From: Eledone cirrhosa
Taxonomy: Eukaryota
Assembly: GCA_964016885.1 (NCBI GenBank)
Contig: OZ024741.1
Span: 224,688,001 to 224,752,000, forward strand
Direction of reading: 5' to 3'
DNA length: 64,000 bases
Shown here piece by piece: positions 29,676 through 42,149 of this stretch. Below the pieces are notes generated by a model, which worked only from the letters and a program-made list of their open reading frames with translations, made no database searches and was not told the origin of the DNA. Each line of letters opens with the position of its first letter. Positions within the stretch are counted from its first letter, which is position 1. The position numbers were made by a program, and so were the translations under genes.

Positions 29676-30364
29676 GGTTCTGTGGAACCCTTTTTGGTTC
29701 AGAAACTTTTGTGGGACCCCAAAGTCCAATACTGTTATATGGTCTTAATATAAATATACTCCTCTACTTTTTTCACGGAACCTCAGACATTTCTTTGCGG
29801 AATTCTTAGGTTCCATGGGACCCACTTTGGGAACCTGTGGTCTAGTATAGATAGGTATATAGCAGTGATATTCAAACAAATGATAAGCAGAGTAGAATCT
29901 GCAGATGTCTACCTGCAAGAAGGAAACACGTAAACATCAATTTCCTAAAATTCCAAGAACCCAAGAGAGACAAAAATTGTGTTCTTAAAATCTGTTTACT
30001 ACAACATACAACATCTTTATATTCATACAATACAACTGGAGAACAATAATATATTACCAGCATAACAGAAAGGATGCTGGAAAGGAATGCATTACTGTAA
30101 AGAGCAACTTCAGTGAACCAAACGACAATAAAAGGGGGGCAAAAAACAAACAAGTCTTAGCACGGCCTGAATTGATTATCGAAAGGCATTTGACAACATT
30201 TAACCCTCCTGGATATTGCAGGCACATTGTATTAAATAAAGCAGCTCCAATATTAGCGAAATACGTCGACTATGTCATGTTAAAGTGGAAAACAACAATA
30301 TCACTACACGAGGAAGAGAAGACAATTAAAACAAACCCTATACCCATAAGAGTGCAGACTGCGA

Positions 30365-30660
30365 ATTGGCAGAGTCGGATAAAATGCTTACAGTATTCTT
30401 TTCGGTTCTCTGCTCTCTGAGTTCAACTTTGCCTTTCATCCATTCGAGGTCGATAAAAATGAACCAGTCTAGCACTAGGGTCGATTCTTCCTCTATATCT
30501 CTTTCTAACTTCTTTTCTCTCACTCTCTATCCTTCTCTGGAAGAAATCTGCTGTATTCAGACCTGGAGAGGAGATGAGCTCCGCCAGGTTTTAAAAAAAT
30601 GCCTTAGAAGCACTGTGTCAATGCGGTACTTCAACGACTCCCTCAGAAGTTACAGGCTAA
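30365..30660 (+). mobile_element. Meta-like SINE subfamily with (TC)-rich spacer and a distinct 3' tail
   Basis: tggcagagtcgg...gcctttcatccattcgaggtcgataaa, then a tail whose reverse complement recurs at 31118-31240. Confidence 0.65.
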
Positions 30661-30824
30661 AGAAACGGAAAAAATATCCATAAGAAGAGAATTCTTCCCG
30701 AGAGACCCACTGCTCCCTTAACATATTATTTTGCTTATATTTAACCACATTAAAAAATCTGTTGAACGAAATTACCAATGGCTATAAATAATATTGACAA
30801 ACAATAAACTATCATTTCTATATA

Positions 30825-31006
30825 ATTGTTTCTATTTTAGGCACAAGGCCAACAATTACCCAATACATTACTGGTACTTTATTTTATCGACCCCGTAAGG
30901 ATTAAAGGCAAAGTTAACCTCGGCGGGATTTGAACTCAGACCGTAAAGGGACGTAACTATGCTGGAAAGCATGGCGTTCGACCCTCTACCGATACTGCCA
31001 ATCCAC
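30825..31006 (-). mobile_element. Meta-like tRNA SINE
   Basis: Nearly identical to 31630-31810. Confidence 0.8.
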
Positions 31007-31117
31007 AATGACATTAAAATATTAACAAGTGACTCTAAAAAGTGTTAATAAATTCAGACAATACATAAAAAGCGCATAAAATTTGACAAATATGCCAAAG
31101 CTATTATGTATGTGTAG

Positions 31118-31426
31118 GACTCTTAACTCTAGGGGGAGTCGTAGGGACGCCATAGCGACATACGGCGTTTCTTGGCCAATTTATACCTGGCGGAGCCTAT
31201 CTCACCCCAGGTTTGAAAACAGCCGATTTCTTCCAGAGAGAGAGAGAGAGATAGAGAGAGAGAATCGATCCCAGTAATGAACTGGTATTTTTTTTTACCG
31301 ACTTCGAAAGGATGGAAGGCAAAGTTAATCTGGGCGGCATTTGAACTGGAAATGCAGAGAGCCGGAAGGAATGTCATAAAGCAAAGCATTCTATCCAACG
31401 TTCTAACGACTCTGTCAATTCACCGC
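31118..31426 (-). mobile_element. Meta-like SINE with extended tail (inverted partner of 30365-30660)
   Basis: Tail, (GA)n, Meta domain and B box in reverse orientation. Confidence 0.65.
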
Positions 31427-31629
31427 TAACAAAGCCGCTACAAGAAGATGCAAATTAACTAAAACTGAGAACATTTCGTTACATATCGACGTCAGGATTA
31501 GAGAATGAGACGAAAGTCATCTATGCAAGTACTTAGAAGGAGATGAAACTGATAAAACACAACTGACAGAAAAACTACTACGGAAGAGTCAGACGAATAT
31601 TAAAAAATTATAAAGTTATTAAGAAAATA

Positions 31630-31810
31630 ATTGTTTCTGCTTTAGGCACAAGGCCAGCAATTACCCAGTGCATTACTGATACTTTATTTTATCGACCCCG
31701 TAAGGATGAAAGGCAAAGTCAACCTCGGCGGGATTTGAACTCAGATCGTAAAGGGACGTAACTATGCTGGAAAGCATGGCGTCCGACCCTCTACCGATAC
31801 TGCCAATCCA
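31630..31810 (-). mobile_element. Meta-like tRNA SINE
   Basis: A and B boxes plus Meta-like domain on the minus strand. Confidence 0.8.
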
Positions 31811-31849
31811 TTAAGAAAATAATAGATATAAATAAGTTATCAGTTTTAA

Positions 31850-32155
31850 TGGTGAAGGCGCATAGTATAGTGATTAGGGTTTCATGGCTCACGATTGTGA
31901 GTTCGATTCACGGCCAGGGCGGCGTGTAGTGTCCTCAAGCAAGACATTTTATTTTACGTTGTTTCAGTCCACTCAGCTGGCAAAAATGAGTTGTACCTGT
32001 AATTCAAGGGGCTTGCCTTGTCACACATTGTGTCACATTGAATCTTTCTGAGAACTACTTTAAGGGTGTGTATGTCTGTGGAATGCTCAGCCACTAACAC
32101 GTTAATCCACGAGAAGACAGTGTCGTTGATTGAATTAACTGAAGCACTGGTCAAT
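31850..32155 (+). mobile_element. CORE-type tRNA SINE
   Basis: B box GAGTTCGATTC, then gtgtcctcaagcaagaca...cagtccactcagctggcaaaaatgagt. Confidence 0.7.
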
Positions 32156-32789
32156 AAAAACGACCAAGGCTCTACTGTCTAGATATAAACTATAGCTTAA
32201 TAAACTGGACGTTAAGTCAATCGAAAAAAAAAATATCCCCAGGAAACTACTGAAAGCTTTCTGAAGCCACTACCCCAAGACTTATTTGTATATACAGAAT
32301 ATACTTACCCATACCCAAAGAAATAACAAAGTAAAATCTGGAAACTGTGTACATCGCAGAAAAAGATTTAGCTAAGGATAAAATAATAGAAAAAGATTAA
32401 AAAAGGCAAAATCGAATCGGAGTTTCAAAATATACCGAAGAAAAAAAAAATGGAGGAAAAAAAAACTACTTAATGGCGAATATCATGTAAGATTCGTCAG
32501 AGAAGAAAGTCAAAGAGAAAGTCAACAATGGCTTAAAAGATTTGAGAATAAAAGCAGAAACGGAATATCTGATTTTAGATGTACAAGACCAATGCATAAC
32601 CATCAGCTGACATCAAGTGCAAACCATTCAACCAGAACAATGAGACGGTTGACCACATCACTTCCAGCTGTCCTGTTCTAGTTTTAGTAGAAGTATATTC
32701 ATAGGCACGTTCCAATGGACAGCTAAAGAACAAAAGATGGACGTGCAATTGGTGGTTCTGTAAAAAACGCGTATATTGAACATATCACG

Positions 32790-33688
32790 ATGGCGATGAT
32801 GATAGGGAGGAGGAGGAGGAGGAGATGATGACGATGATGGTGATGGTGATGGTGGGGGTGGTGGTGATGGTAAGGACGATGATGGTGATGGTGGTGGTGG
32901 TGGTGGTGATGGTAAGGACGATGATGGTGATGGTGGTGGTGGTGGTGGTCGTGGTTGTGGTGGTGGTGGTGGTGGTGATGGTAAGGACGATGATGGTGGT
33001 GGTGGTGGTGGTGGTGGTCGTGGTTGTGGTGGTGGTGGTGGTGGTGGTGATGGTAATGAGGATGATGGTGATGGTGGTGGTGGTGATGGTGATGGTAAGG
33101 ACGATGATGGTGATGGTGGTGGTGGTGGTGGTCGTGGTTGTGGTGGTGGTGGTGGTGGTGATGGTAATGAGGATGATGGTGGTGGTGGTGGTGGTGATGG
33201 TAATGAGGATGATGGTGGTGGTGGTGGTGATGGTAATGGTAAGGACGATGATGGTGATGGTGGTGATGGTGGTGGTGGTGGTAAGGACGATGATGGTGAT
33301 GGTGGTGGTGGTGATGGTAATGGGGATGATGGTGATGGTGGTGGTGGTGGTGATGGTAATGGGGATGATGGTGATGGTGGTGGTGATGGTGATGGCAATG
33401 AGGATGATGGTGATGGTGGTGGTGGTGGTAATCGTAAGGACGATGATGGTGATGGTGGTGGTGGTGGTGATGGTGATGGTAAGGACGATGATGGTGATGG
33501 TGATGGTGGTGGTGATGGTGGTGGTGGTGGTGATGGTAATGAGGATGATGGTGATAGTGATGGTGGTGGTGGTGGTGGTGGTGATGGTAATGAGGATGAT
33601 GGTGATGGTGGTGGTGGTGGTGGTGGTGGTGGTGATGGTAATGAGGATGATGTAATGATGGTGAGGATGATGGTAATGATGATAATGT

Positions 33689-33739
<51 letters not shown>

Positions 33740-33761
33740 CACCGCCACCACCACCACCACC

Positions 33762-33802
<41 letters not shown>

Positions 33803-33812
33803 CACCACCACC

Positions 33813-33902
<90 letters not shown>

Positions 33903-33930
33903 GCTACTACTATTGAGGATGATGATGATG
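32790..33930. repeat. Compound GGT/GAT array followed by (CTA)n/(CCA)n
   Basis: Directly visible; recurring ggtaaggacgatgat and ggtaatgaggatgat units. Confidence 0.92.
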
Positions 33931-34079
33931 ATAAATAGGTCTCCAAAGTATTATACAATTGAACAAGTACAATCGAAACAAAAAGATAAAGATAAAAAAA
34001 CAACAAAATCAAAACAAAAACAAAATCAAAACAAAACAAAACAAACTAAACAAGACTAAGAAAAAAAACCAACAAACTA

Positions 34080-34295
34080 ATTTCTGTAGAGAATTATTTC
34101 TACGGCAGTTCTACCAAACTAGCTTCTTATGAAGTATTAGGACTTGATGATGCGAAAGCAAGTTGAAATAACTCATCATGTGATCGGATTTATTATGAAA
34201 AAAAAGCTTTTGATTCAGTCCCACATGACTGGTTCATCAAAATTACCGGAGGTCCACAAATTTGATGAAAACTATAGTGACATACTTTAAAATGG
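34080..34295 (+). mobile_element. Decayed R4-like RT fragment
   Basis: aaagcttttgattcagtcccacatgactgg translates KAFDSVPHDW. Confidence 0.55.
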
Positions 34296-34299
34296 TGGA

Positions 34300-34640
34300 C
34301 ACTGCATGACCAAATGGTTACGGAGTTTGCTTTGAATATCATGAGGTCTTGAGTTCGATTCCACTGCGAAACATCTTAGGCAAGTGTCTTCATTTACCAT
34401 AGTCTCGGGTTGAACCATGTTTTGTGAATGGAACTTGGTAGATGGAAACTGTTTGGAAGTCCATCAAATGGACTGTACTTGTAATTAAAAAAAAGGCTAG
34501 TCTTATCACACATAGTGTTACGTTGAATCTACTTGAGAAATACGTTATTGGTACACGTGTCTGTGGAATGCTCAGTCAATAATACGTTAATTTCATGAGT
34601 AGGCTGTTCTGTTGATCAAACAACCTAAACATTCATCATT
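34300..34640 (+). mobile_element. CORE-like tRNA SINE
   Basis: GAGTTCGATTCC B box, catcttaggcaagtgtctt, and a 3' part shared with 31990-32150. Confidence 0.65.
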
Positions 34641-35379
34641 TATTGATAATCGGCATAACTGTTCAAAATTACTACATACACGCATATACACACAGAGGCA
34701 CAGACACACAGACACAGATGCACATACACATACGCACGGGCATAGACATACACATATTCACGCACATACACACACAAACACACACAAACACACACACACA
34801 TACACATATTCACGCACATACACACACAAACACACACAAACACACACACACATAGACACACTTATATAGCCACACACACACGTACACACACGCACAGGCA
34901 CATACACACATATTCACGTACCCATACATATACACACACACACATACATAACTACACACATACACACATATACACACGCACGGACGCACATACACATACA
35001 CAGACACACACACACATACATAGCCACACACATATACGCACGTACACACACGCACGGGCATATCACACACATAGTCACGCATAAACACGCACATACACAG
35101 ATACACACATACATAGCCACACACATACACACACGTACACACACTCACGGGCATATCACACACATAGTCACGCACAAACACAGATACACACATACATAGC
35201 CACACACATACACACACGTACACACACGCACGGGCATATCACACACATAGTCACGCACAAACACGCACACACAAACAATGAGATAGGCAGGTAGTATGTT
35301 ATGGTTGTGTGAGTGAAATATCTGTGGTTAATTAGTGTAGCGAACGTTGGAATCTATTTCTGATTTGTTTACATCCATA

Positions 35380-35569
35380 TTTCAACAACATCACCAACAA
35401 CAACAACATCACCACCACCAACAACAACAACAACAACAGAAACAACATCATCACCACCACCAACAACAACAACAACAGCAACAACAACATCATCACCAAC
35501 AACAACAACAGCATCACCACCACCACCACCACCACCACCACCACCACCACCACCACCACCACCACCACC

Positions 35570-35600
<31 letters not shown>

Positions 35601-35658
35601 TCACCACCACCACCAACAACAACAACATCATCACCAACAACAACAATATAAACAACTA

Positions 35659-35726
<68 letters not shown>

Positions 35727-35814
35727 CCAACATCATCATCACCAACAACAACACCAACACCATCAACAACAACAACTACATCAACAACAACTACATCAAC
35801 ATCAACAACACCAA

Positions 35815-35857
<43 letters not shown>

Positions 35858-35908
35858 CTCATCAACAACAACAACATCAACATCAACTACAACATCAACA
35901 ACAGCAAC

Positions 35909-35942
<34 letters not shown>

Positions 35943-36015
35943 ACCTCATCAACAACAAGAACAACATCAACATCAACAACAACAACAACAACACCAACAA
36001 GATCAACAACAACAT

Positions 36016-36074
<59 letters not shown>

Positions 36075-36089
36075 TCAACAATATCAACA

Positions 36090-36166
<77 letters not shown>

Positions 36167-36295
36167 AACATCAACATCAACAGCAAACCAACAACAATAA
36201 TAACAACAACAACAACCACCACAACATCAACAACAATAATAACAATACCAACAACACCGTCAATAACAACATCATGAACAACAACAAATATTACA
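35380..36295. repeat. (CAA/CAT/CAC)n compound trinucleotide array
   Basis: Directly visible; gives the poly-Q/H ORF. Confidence 0.92.
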
Positions 36296-36679
36296 AATAA
36301 ACAACTTTAACAAGGAATCATGCAAAACGTTACACACGCACCCTCACACAAACACACATGCATACACACATTCACTCACGCACATACATTCATACACATA
36401 AACATGCATAAATACACATTTATCTTATGCACGCAAGTATATGCAATTTATCTACGCATGTATTGCCCTTTTCCCTCTCTCCTTCCCCTTCCCTCTCTTC
36501 TTTCCCCCCCTCTCTCTCTTTCCTTCTTTCTCTCTCTATATATACATTTATACATACATGCATACCCCCCCCCCCCATATATATATGGCTGTATTGATTA
36601 TGTGTTTATGCAATGTCAGTTACGTAATGGAGTAGCAGTTGCCGCAGAGAAATATAGAAACTATGTAAAACGACGGCTG

Positions 36680-37498
36680 TAGTCTGATGAAGTCCGTCAT
36701 CCCCATACCAGTAATTGGAGCAGACCAGTTGTTTTATTGAAAGGGTTAGGGTTTAGTTTTGAAGGACTAATTTGAATTTAATTTACGACAGGTGTACCTC
36801 AAGCAGCATATTTGTATGCTAGGGGTGTGTGTATCTTTTTTGTAGTGTGTGCGATTCAGTGCAAGGTTAGAAGAGTAAGCTACAGGGAGCTGAGAGGGAG
36901 AAGGTACAATATATTACAATACGACAAACGAGATAAAACTTGTTTAAAAAACGATATTCATTCTGTGTTTTATTGTTTGTTTAGGTTAAGGTAGAGGTGT
37001 AGAATGAGGAATGTGTGAGAGTTAATGTTAGAATTAAAATTAGGGCTAGGGCACTGATTCCCAGCGTGGGGTGCACGCCCCACAGGGGAACAATTTGAAT
37101 ATTCAAGGGGGAAATTTGAAAATGATGTTAATGAGAGCAAACTTCAGGTTTTATCTTTTACACCAAGGCAACTTTGAAAAAAAATTACTGTCGGAAACTC
37201 CTGTCTCACTTCCTCCACGCATGTTATTGTGCATCTGGCATCACCCATACACCAATTTGTTTACACTTTATAGTTGATCATTGCTGTTTTTATATCAAAG
37301 TGGGGCATAAAAATGTTTGAGATGTTGAGGTTGGACAGGGCACAAAAGGTTGGGAACCACTGGGCTAGGGTTAGAGTTAGAAATAGCATTAAGATTAGTA
37401 TTAGTACAGTTGCCTTGAACGGTCACGTGGATACAGTCTAAGAGCCGTGTTGCTGGGTTAGCATTTTTGACTTGATAGTAAACGATTTCATCAGACTA
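36680..37498. mobile_element. Putative non-autonomous DNA transposon with 12-bp TIRs and degenerate TTAGGG-like interior
   Basis: tagtctgatgaa (36680-36691) and ttcatcagacta (37487-37498). Confidence 0.5.
37052..37362. mobile_element. hAT (Charlie-like) MITE with 8-bp TSD, nested in the previous element
   Basis: TIRs cactgattccca / tgggaaccactg; TSD GGCTAGGG at 37044-37051 and 37363-37370. Confidence 0.88.
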
Positions 37499-37798
37499 TA
37501 TTATCCTATATTATTCCTGCGTTGGCAAATCTGTTATCTGTCGGAGTATGTGTATAGATGTTTCCATGTGTCTAGATCACTCCGATGGTTCAGTGTATGA
37601 CCTGCTATTTAATAAAAGCTGTCTCCGCTATTCTTCATTGTATTTTAATATATTCTAGCTTCTCCTTCTCAGCTCCCTATAGCTTACTCTTCTTACGTTG
37701 GCTTGAACCGCACACACTACAAACACTACACAACCCACTATATATATATATACCATCAACACTATACACACAGAGCTGGCATATCTAAGAACTGACTA

Positions 37799-37854
37799 AC
37801 TGCTTGATGAGGTCATAGTCATTCAATGGCTATCATCGAAATATATATAGCAGT
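37799..37854 (+). ncRNA. Minimal hammerhead in a solo Penelope pLTR (C3U, probably impaired)
   Basis: acugc UUGAUGA ggucauaguc-auucaau-ggcuaucauc GAAA uauaua UA gcagu; same stems I and III as the 20231 ribozyme. Confidence 0.72.
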
Positions 37855-38101
37855 AAATAAAGGATTATGAGTTCATGCAATTGACTTATGTTTCGTCACT
37901 ATATACATATATATATTCTTTGACGGAGAATTGGTAGTGCATTATAAGCCTTCGCCCCCTCACCAGATGTTCATTAGTAGATTCAGTTACCACCATTTTG
38001 AGGGCGACTGACCGAGCAGCTAGTTGGTCAGTCGTCCTCTTTGTCTCTGTCTCCGATTTATCGGACCCATGGTTTTTTGCATATTCCTTTGTTATATTCC
38101 A

Positions 38102-38159
38102 ATACCTGATGATATCACCGGATTCATATGGAACCCGGTCATTGAAATGATCATAGTAT
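38102..38159 (+). ncRNA. Minimal type I hammerhead in a second Penelope pLTR remnant
   Basis: auac CUGAUGA ...accgg...ccggu... GAAA ugauca UA guau AAUAAA; base of stem II is mismatched. Confidence 0.72.
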
Positions 38160-38589
38160 AATAAACCTTTCAAGGGTTTACACCGGTCCAGCCTCCTGTT
38201 ATTTTATTTTATTTATATATATATATATATATATAGTAAAAGAATGAAGAATAACATGGCCGGCTGTACAAAAAAGGTTTATTTACAGTATTAACAATTG
38301 TTCCATTTACAATTGTTCCATTTACAATTGTTCCATTAATCAGGTGAGTCTAAAAGCCGGTGATCGTTAGAAATTACGTCACTCGACCTTAATTACAGTG
38401 TTTGCCTGATCAAATCATCAGAAAAAAAATATATGAAACTAAAAACCATATCATTTATACTGCCTCTCTGTTTTTTGCTCTCTGTTCATTTATTCAACTA
38501 TATATATATCTTAGACGATCGACTTTCGTCAAATCGGACCGAGGGAACAATGTTTCCGTTGGTCTTTCCAATTGCTAATACTATCTATC

Positions 38590-39048
<459 letters not shown>

Positions 39049-39089
39049 TAAGTATCGAGAGAGAGAAGAAGAGATAAGCGATACATGCA

Positions 39090-40892
39090 TTCAAAATCAG
39101 ATATAATTCGCACATCCACTCGTTCAAAAAGCACAGTCTAGCCAACTCCACCTCACTATCTAGCTACATACACTATCTAAAAACTAAAAATAAACCTTAC
39201 ACACTCAAATGGGAAGTGATAGGTAGCGCGACTTCGTACAAACCACCTAATAAATTTTGTAACCTCTGTATACTAGAGACTCACACTATTATCTTCTCTA
39301 ACCGTAACCTACTTAACAAAAAATCTGAAGTGTTTACAACTTGCCAGCACCGCTTCAGACACTCCTTCCAAAACTTTAAGCCCAATATATAGCAATGTCG
39401 GACTTGAACCAGACACCACCTCTAGCATCAAACACCAGGGGCACACCTTATACCACATCCCCACACTCATTGATCTAATATAACACAAATCGGGACATCC
39501 CTCTAGAACCCTTCACAGTGGGAATACCCCTTTGTACTTCTACTTTAGGTGTGACTACATCCAGTTGCTTGAACTGCACTACACCACTTTATAGTTAATG
39601 TAAAATTTAAGCATTGAATTGATTGTATTGTTGGTGCTATGCGGAGGAAGTGCCATCGTTGGATAAATGGAAAACTAATTAATCTAGTAACGTTGATGAG
39701 CTGTACGACCGGTATGCTGAGTGCAGTGAATGTATTGCAAGTGGCGTATGGGTTGTACATATATGTATGATCTGATGGTCAGATTGGAGACATGAGGAGT
39801 GTGGATTGACCTCTGGTCGGCCCTGGTGATGATTATCTTTCGACATCCAATATAGCATGCACTGACCCGGAACTTACCAGGGATCATTGTGTGTTGAAGT
39901 GATTCTGCAATCACCTTGCCTGGTTCTTTGAGTAGACTACAATCACAGTGATCATTAATTTAGAAATCTCGCTCGTCGTGTATAATATTCATTTGTGGCA
40001 CTCTACGATGGAGGTTAATCACCATAATAAGAACACCTTCAGCACAACTTAATAGACTACTCTATAGTTAAAACACTTTAAATTTTTAGAAATTTTTTAG
40101 AAACTGCGCATAACCATATAAGTTAGGGACTATTTTGAGACACAATTTAATAGTTAGTAATAGAAACCACTGAGTTACCTCCCCTCATGCATTAACTCCC
40201 CTTAGCGACACACACACTTCCGGGTAATATTTCGATGTCGATTCTCGCAACGTAACATCCTCCTGTATTGAGCTAAAGAACATCAGAATACGATTCTCTA
40301 ACTGGATTGTCAAACGCCCAATATCGAATCGTCGTGGATTATGTGAGGGGCATATAATCTGAAAAATACGCTCCCCAGACTATGAAAATGTCGCAGTGCA
40401 TGAAATCCATATCATCGCTTCGCTACGCATTTCCAATATTTTTAATGCTTACATTATTTTTAATACTTATATTATATTTCCACACACAGGCTATAACAAT
40501 CATATAAAGAATTCATTACCAGATCAACCCCCTTAACACTCTTGATTACCTGCTTAAGTGCTTCTATTACACGTAACTCTCTGCCACACTATATAAACAA
40601 GACGCACGTGCTTGCCACACATATAACCATTGCACTCTATAACCGCTTAATTTCATGTATTTTAACCTGTATTTTTGATTGTATCTTTTAATATGAATGT
40701 AATCTCTAAATGTGTACTGCCACACTAAATGCTGTAATGAATGTTGACCCACAATATTTGCATATGTATCTGTATGTCTCTTGGGTGAAAAGGAGGTCAT
40801 ATAAGTGTTCATTCAATAATAAATTGCTCCGAAGAATCCAAACCTCGGTTTGGAGGAAACAGTTGTAAGCATAAACATTTTTGAACAGTTCT
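39090..40892 (+). mobile_element. 5'-truncated Naiad-type Penelope: GIY-YIG C-terminus, long 3'UTR and pLTR, between (TA)n tracts
   Basis: 39090-39392 reads [12 protein letters not shown]...TSLSSYIHYLK...W...CNLCILE...LLNKKSEVFTTCQH (absent from the ORF track); hammerhead at the 3' end. Confidence 0.82.
40825..40871 (+). ncRNA. Degenerate minimal hammerhead (U4C)
   Basis: ugcu CCGAAGA a-uccaaacc-uc-gguuugga-g GAAA caguug UA agca. Confidence 0.65.
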
Positions 40893-40940
40893 TTGATTCT
40901 TATAATTCATATATATATATAAATATATATATATATAGAT

Positions 40941-41039
<99 letters not shown>

Positions 41040-42149
41040 TCATATATGTATGTACGTGTACATACTTATATTTAAGTAACAGCCGTACTAAGAGTGGGAA
41101 ATGAAATTTCGTTTCATTTTTTCTGTTTATATATATGTATATATATATATATATATATATACATAGACATTTATATACGCACACATGTTTATATGCTTAT
41201 ATAAAAGTATGTGTACATTTATAATCATCTTCATAACAATATACACAGTAATTATACAGACATACACATGCACATACATCTCTGATTAATTCGTACACAT
41301 ATACACTCACAAACGGGTATACGCACACATGCACGCATACATAGCATCATGCCAAATATTAATTAAATATAAAACAAAACCCAACGAAACTAACAAAAAT
41401 AAATGAAAAAAAATCTATATCATTACTCAATCAAAGTTAATTACAAAAGAAATATATAGATTGCTGTGACGTAGAATAATGTGATATGGTCTCTGCAGAA
41501 ATATATTTACACCTACACATTGGTTAGATTTACATAACGCAATCATACAGGTACATTTTCTTGTTCTCACGTACACGCATGCACGCATACACAAACAAAT
41601 ACATATACACATATACACACACATACACGCACACACATACAGTGTCTAAAGTTCTCACAAGCACACATAGGAACTCACCATCACATACATGTACATACAC
41701 ACATGTACACACACAGCCTAACTTTCTTATAAATGTACTCAGTCGCTCACCGCAAGAACACACACAACACACGCACACACACACACACACAAGCACACAC
41801 ACACAGAGAGATTAACTTTCTTACAAACGTACAGTCGTTCGCCGCGCACACAAACACACACACATACATACACACAGAGAGTGTCTAATGTTCTTACAAA
41901 CACAGTAACACACCATCACATACATAATCAGTCTAGCCTTCTTACACACACACACAATCACTCCTTAGCTCTCCCCCTCCCCTCTCCTATCTCCCCCCCC
42001 CTCTCTCTCTCTCACACACACATAAAGCTAGACACCGTAACAACATAGACTAACTTTCGCACAAGGTACACACATCTTCATGCACACATACTCACCGTCT
42101 CTCTCTCTCTCTCTCTTTCTTACACGCACACACATACACACATACACAC

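Larger units (their letters stand above)
29880..32790 (+). mobile_element. Highly decayed R4/Dong-like (RLE) LINE split by SINE insertions
   Basis: 32550-32710 reads KAETEYLILDVQDQC...ETVDHITSSCPVL...RH (R4-type motif plus zinc knuckle); RT-like remnants at 30270-30360 and 30680-30820; boundaries approximate. Confidence 0.6.

Noticed and set aside
32658-34059. Extensin-like Pro/Ser and His-rich ORFs
   Set aside because: GGT/GAT triplet array open in several frames, lying among decayed LINE fragments
35347-36300. 317-aa poly-Q/H ORF
   Set aside because: Pure CAA/CAT/CAC array with a TTG start and no flanking domain
36684-36700. CTGATGA hammerhead core
   Set aside because: No downstream stem II-GAAA; it is part of the inverted terminal repeat
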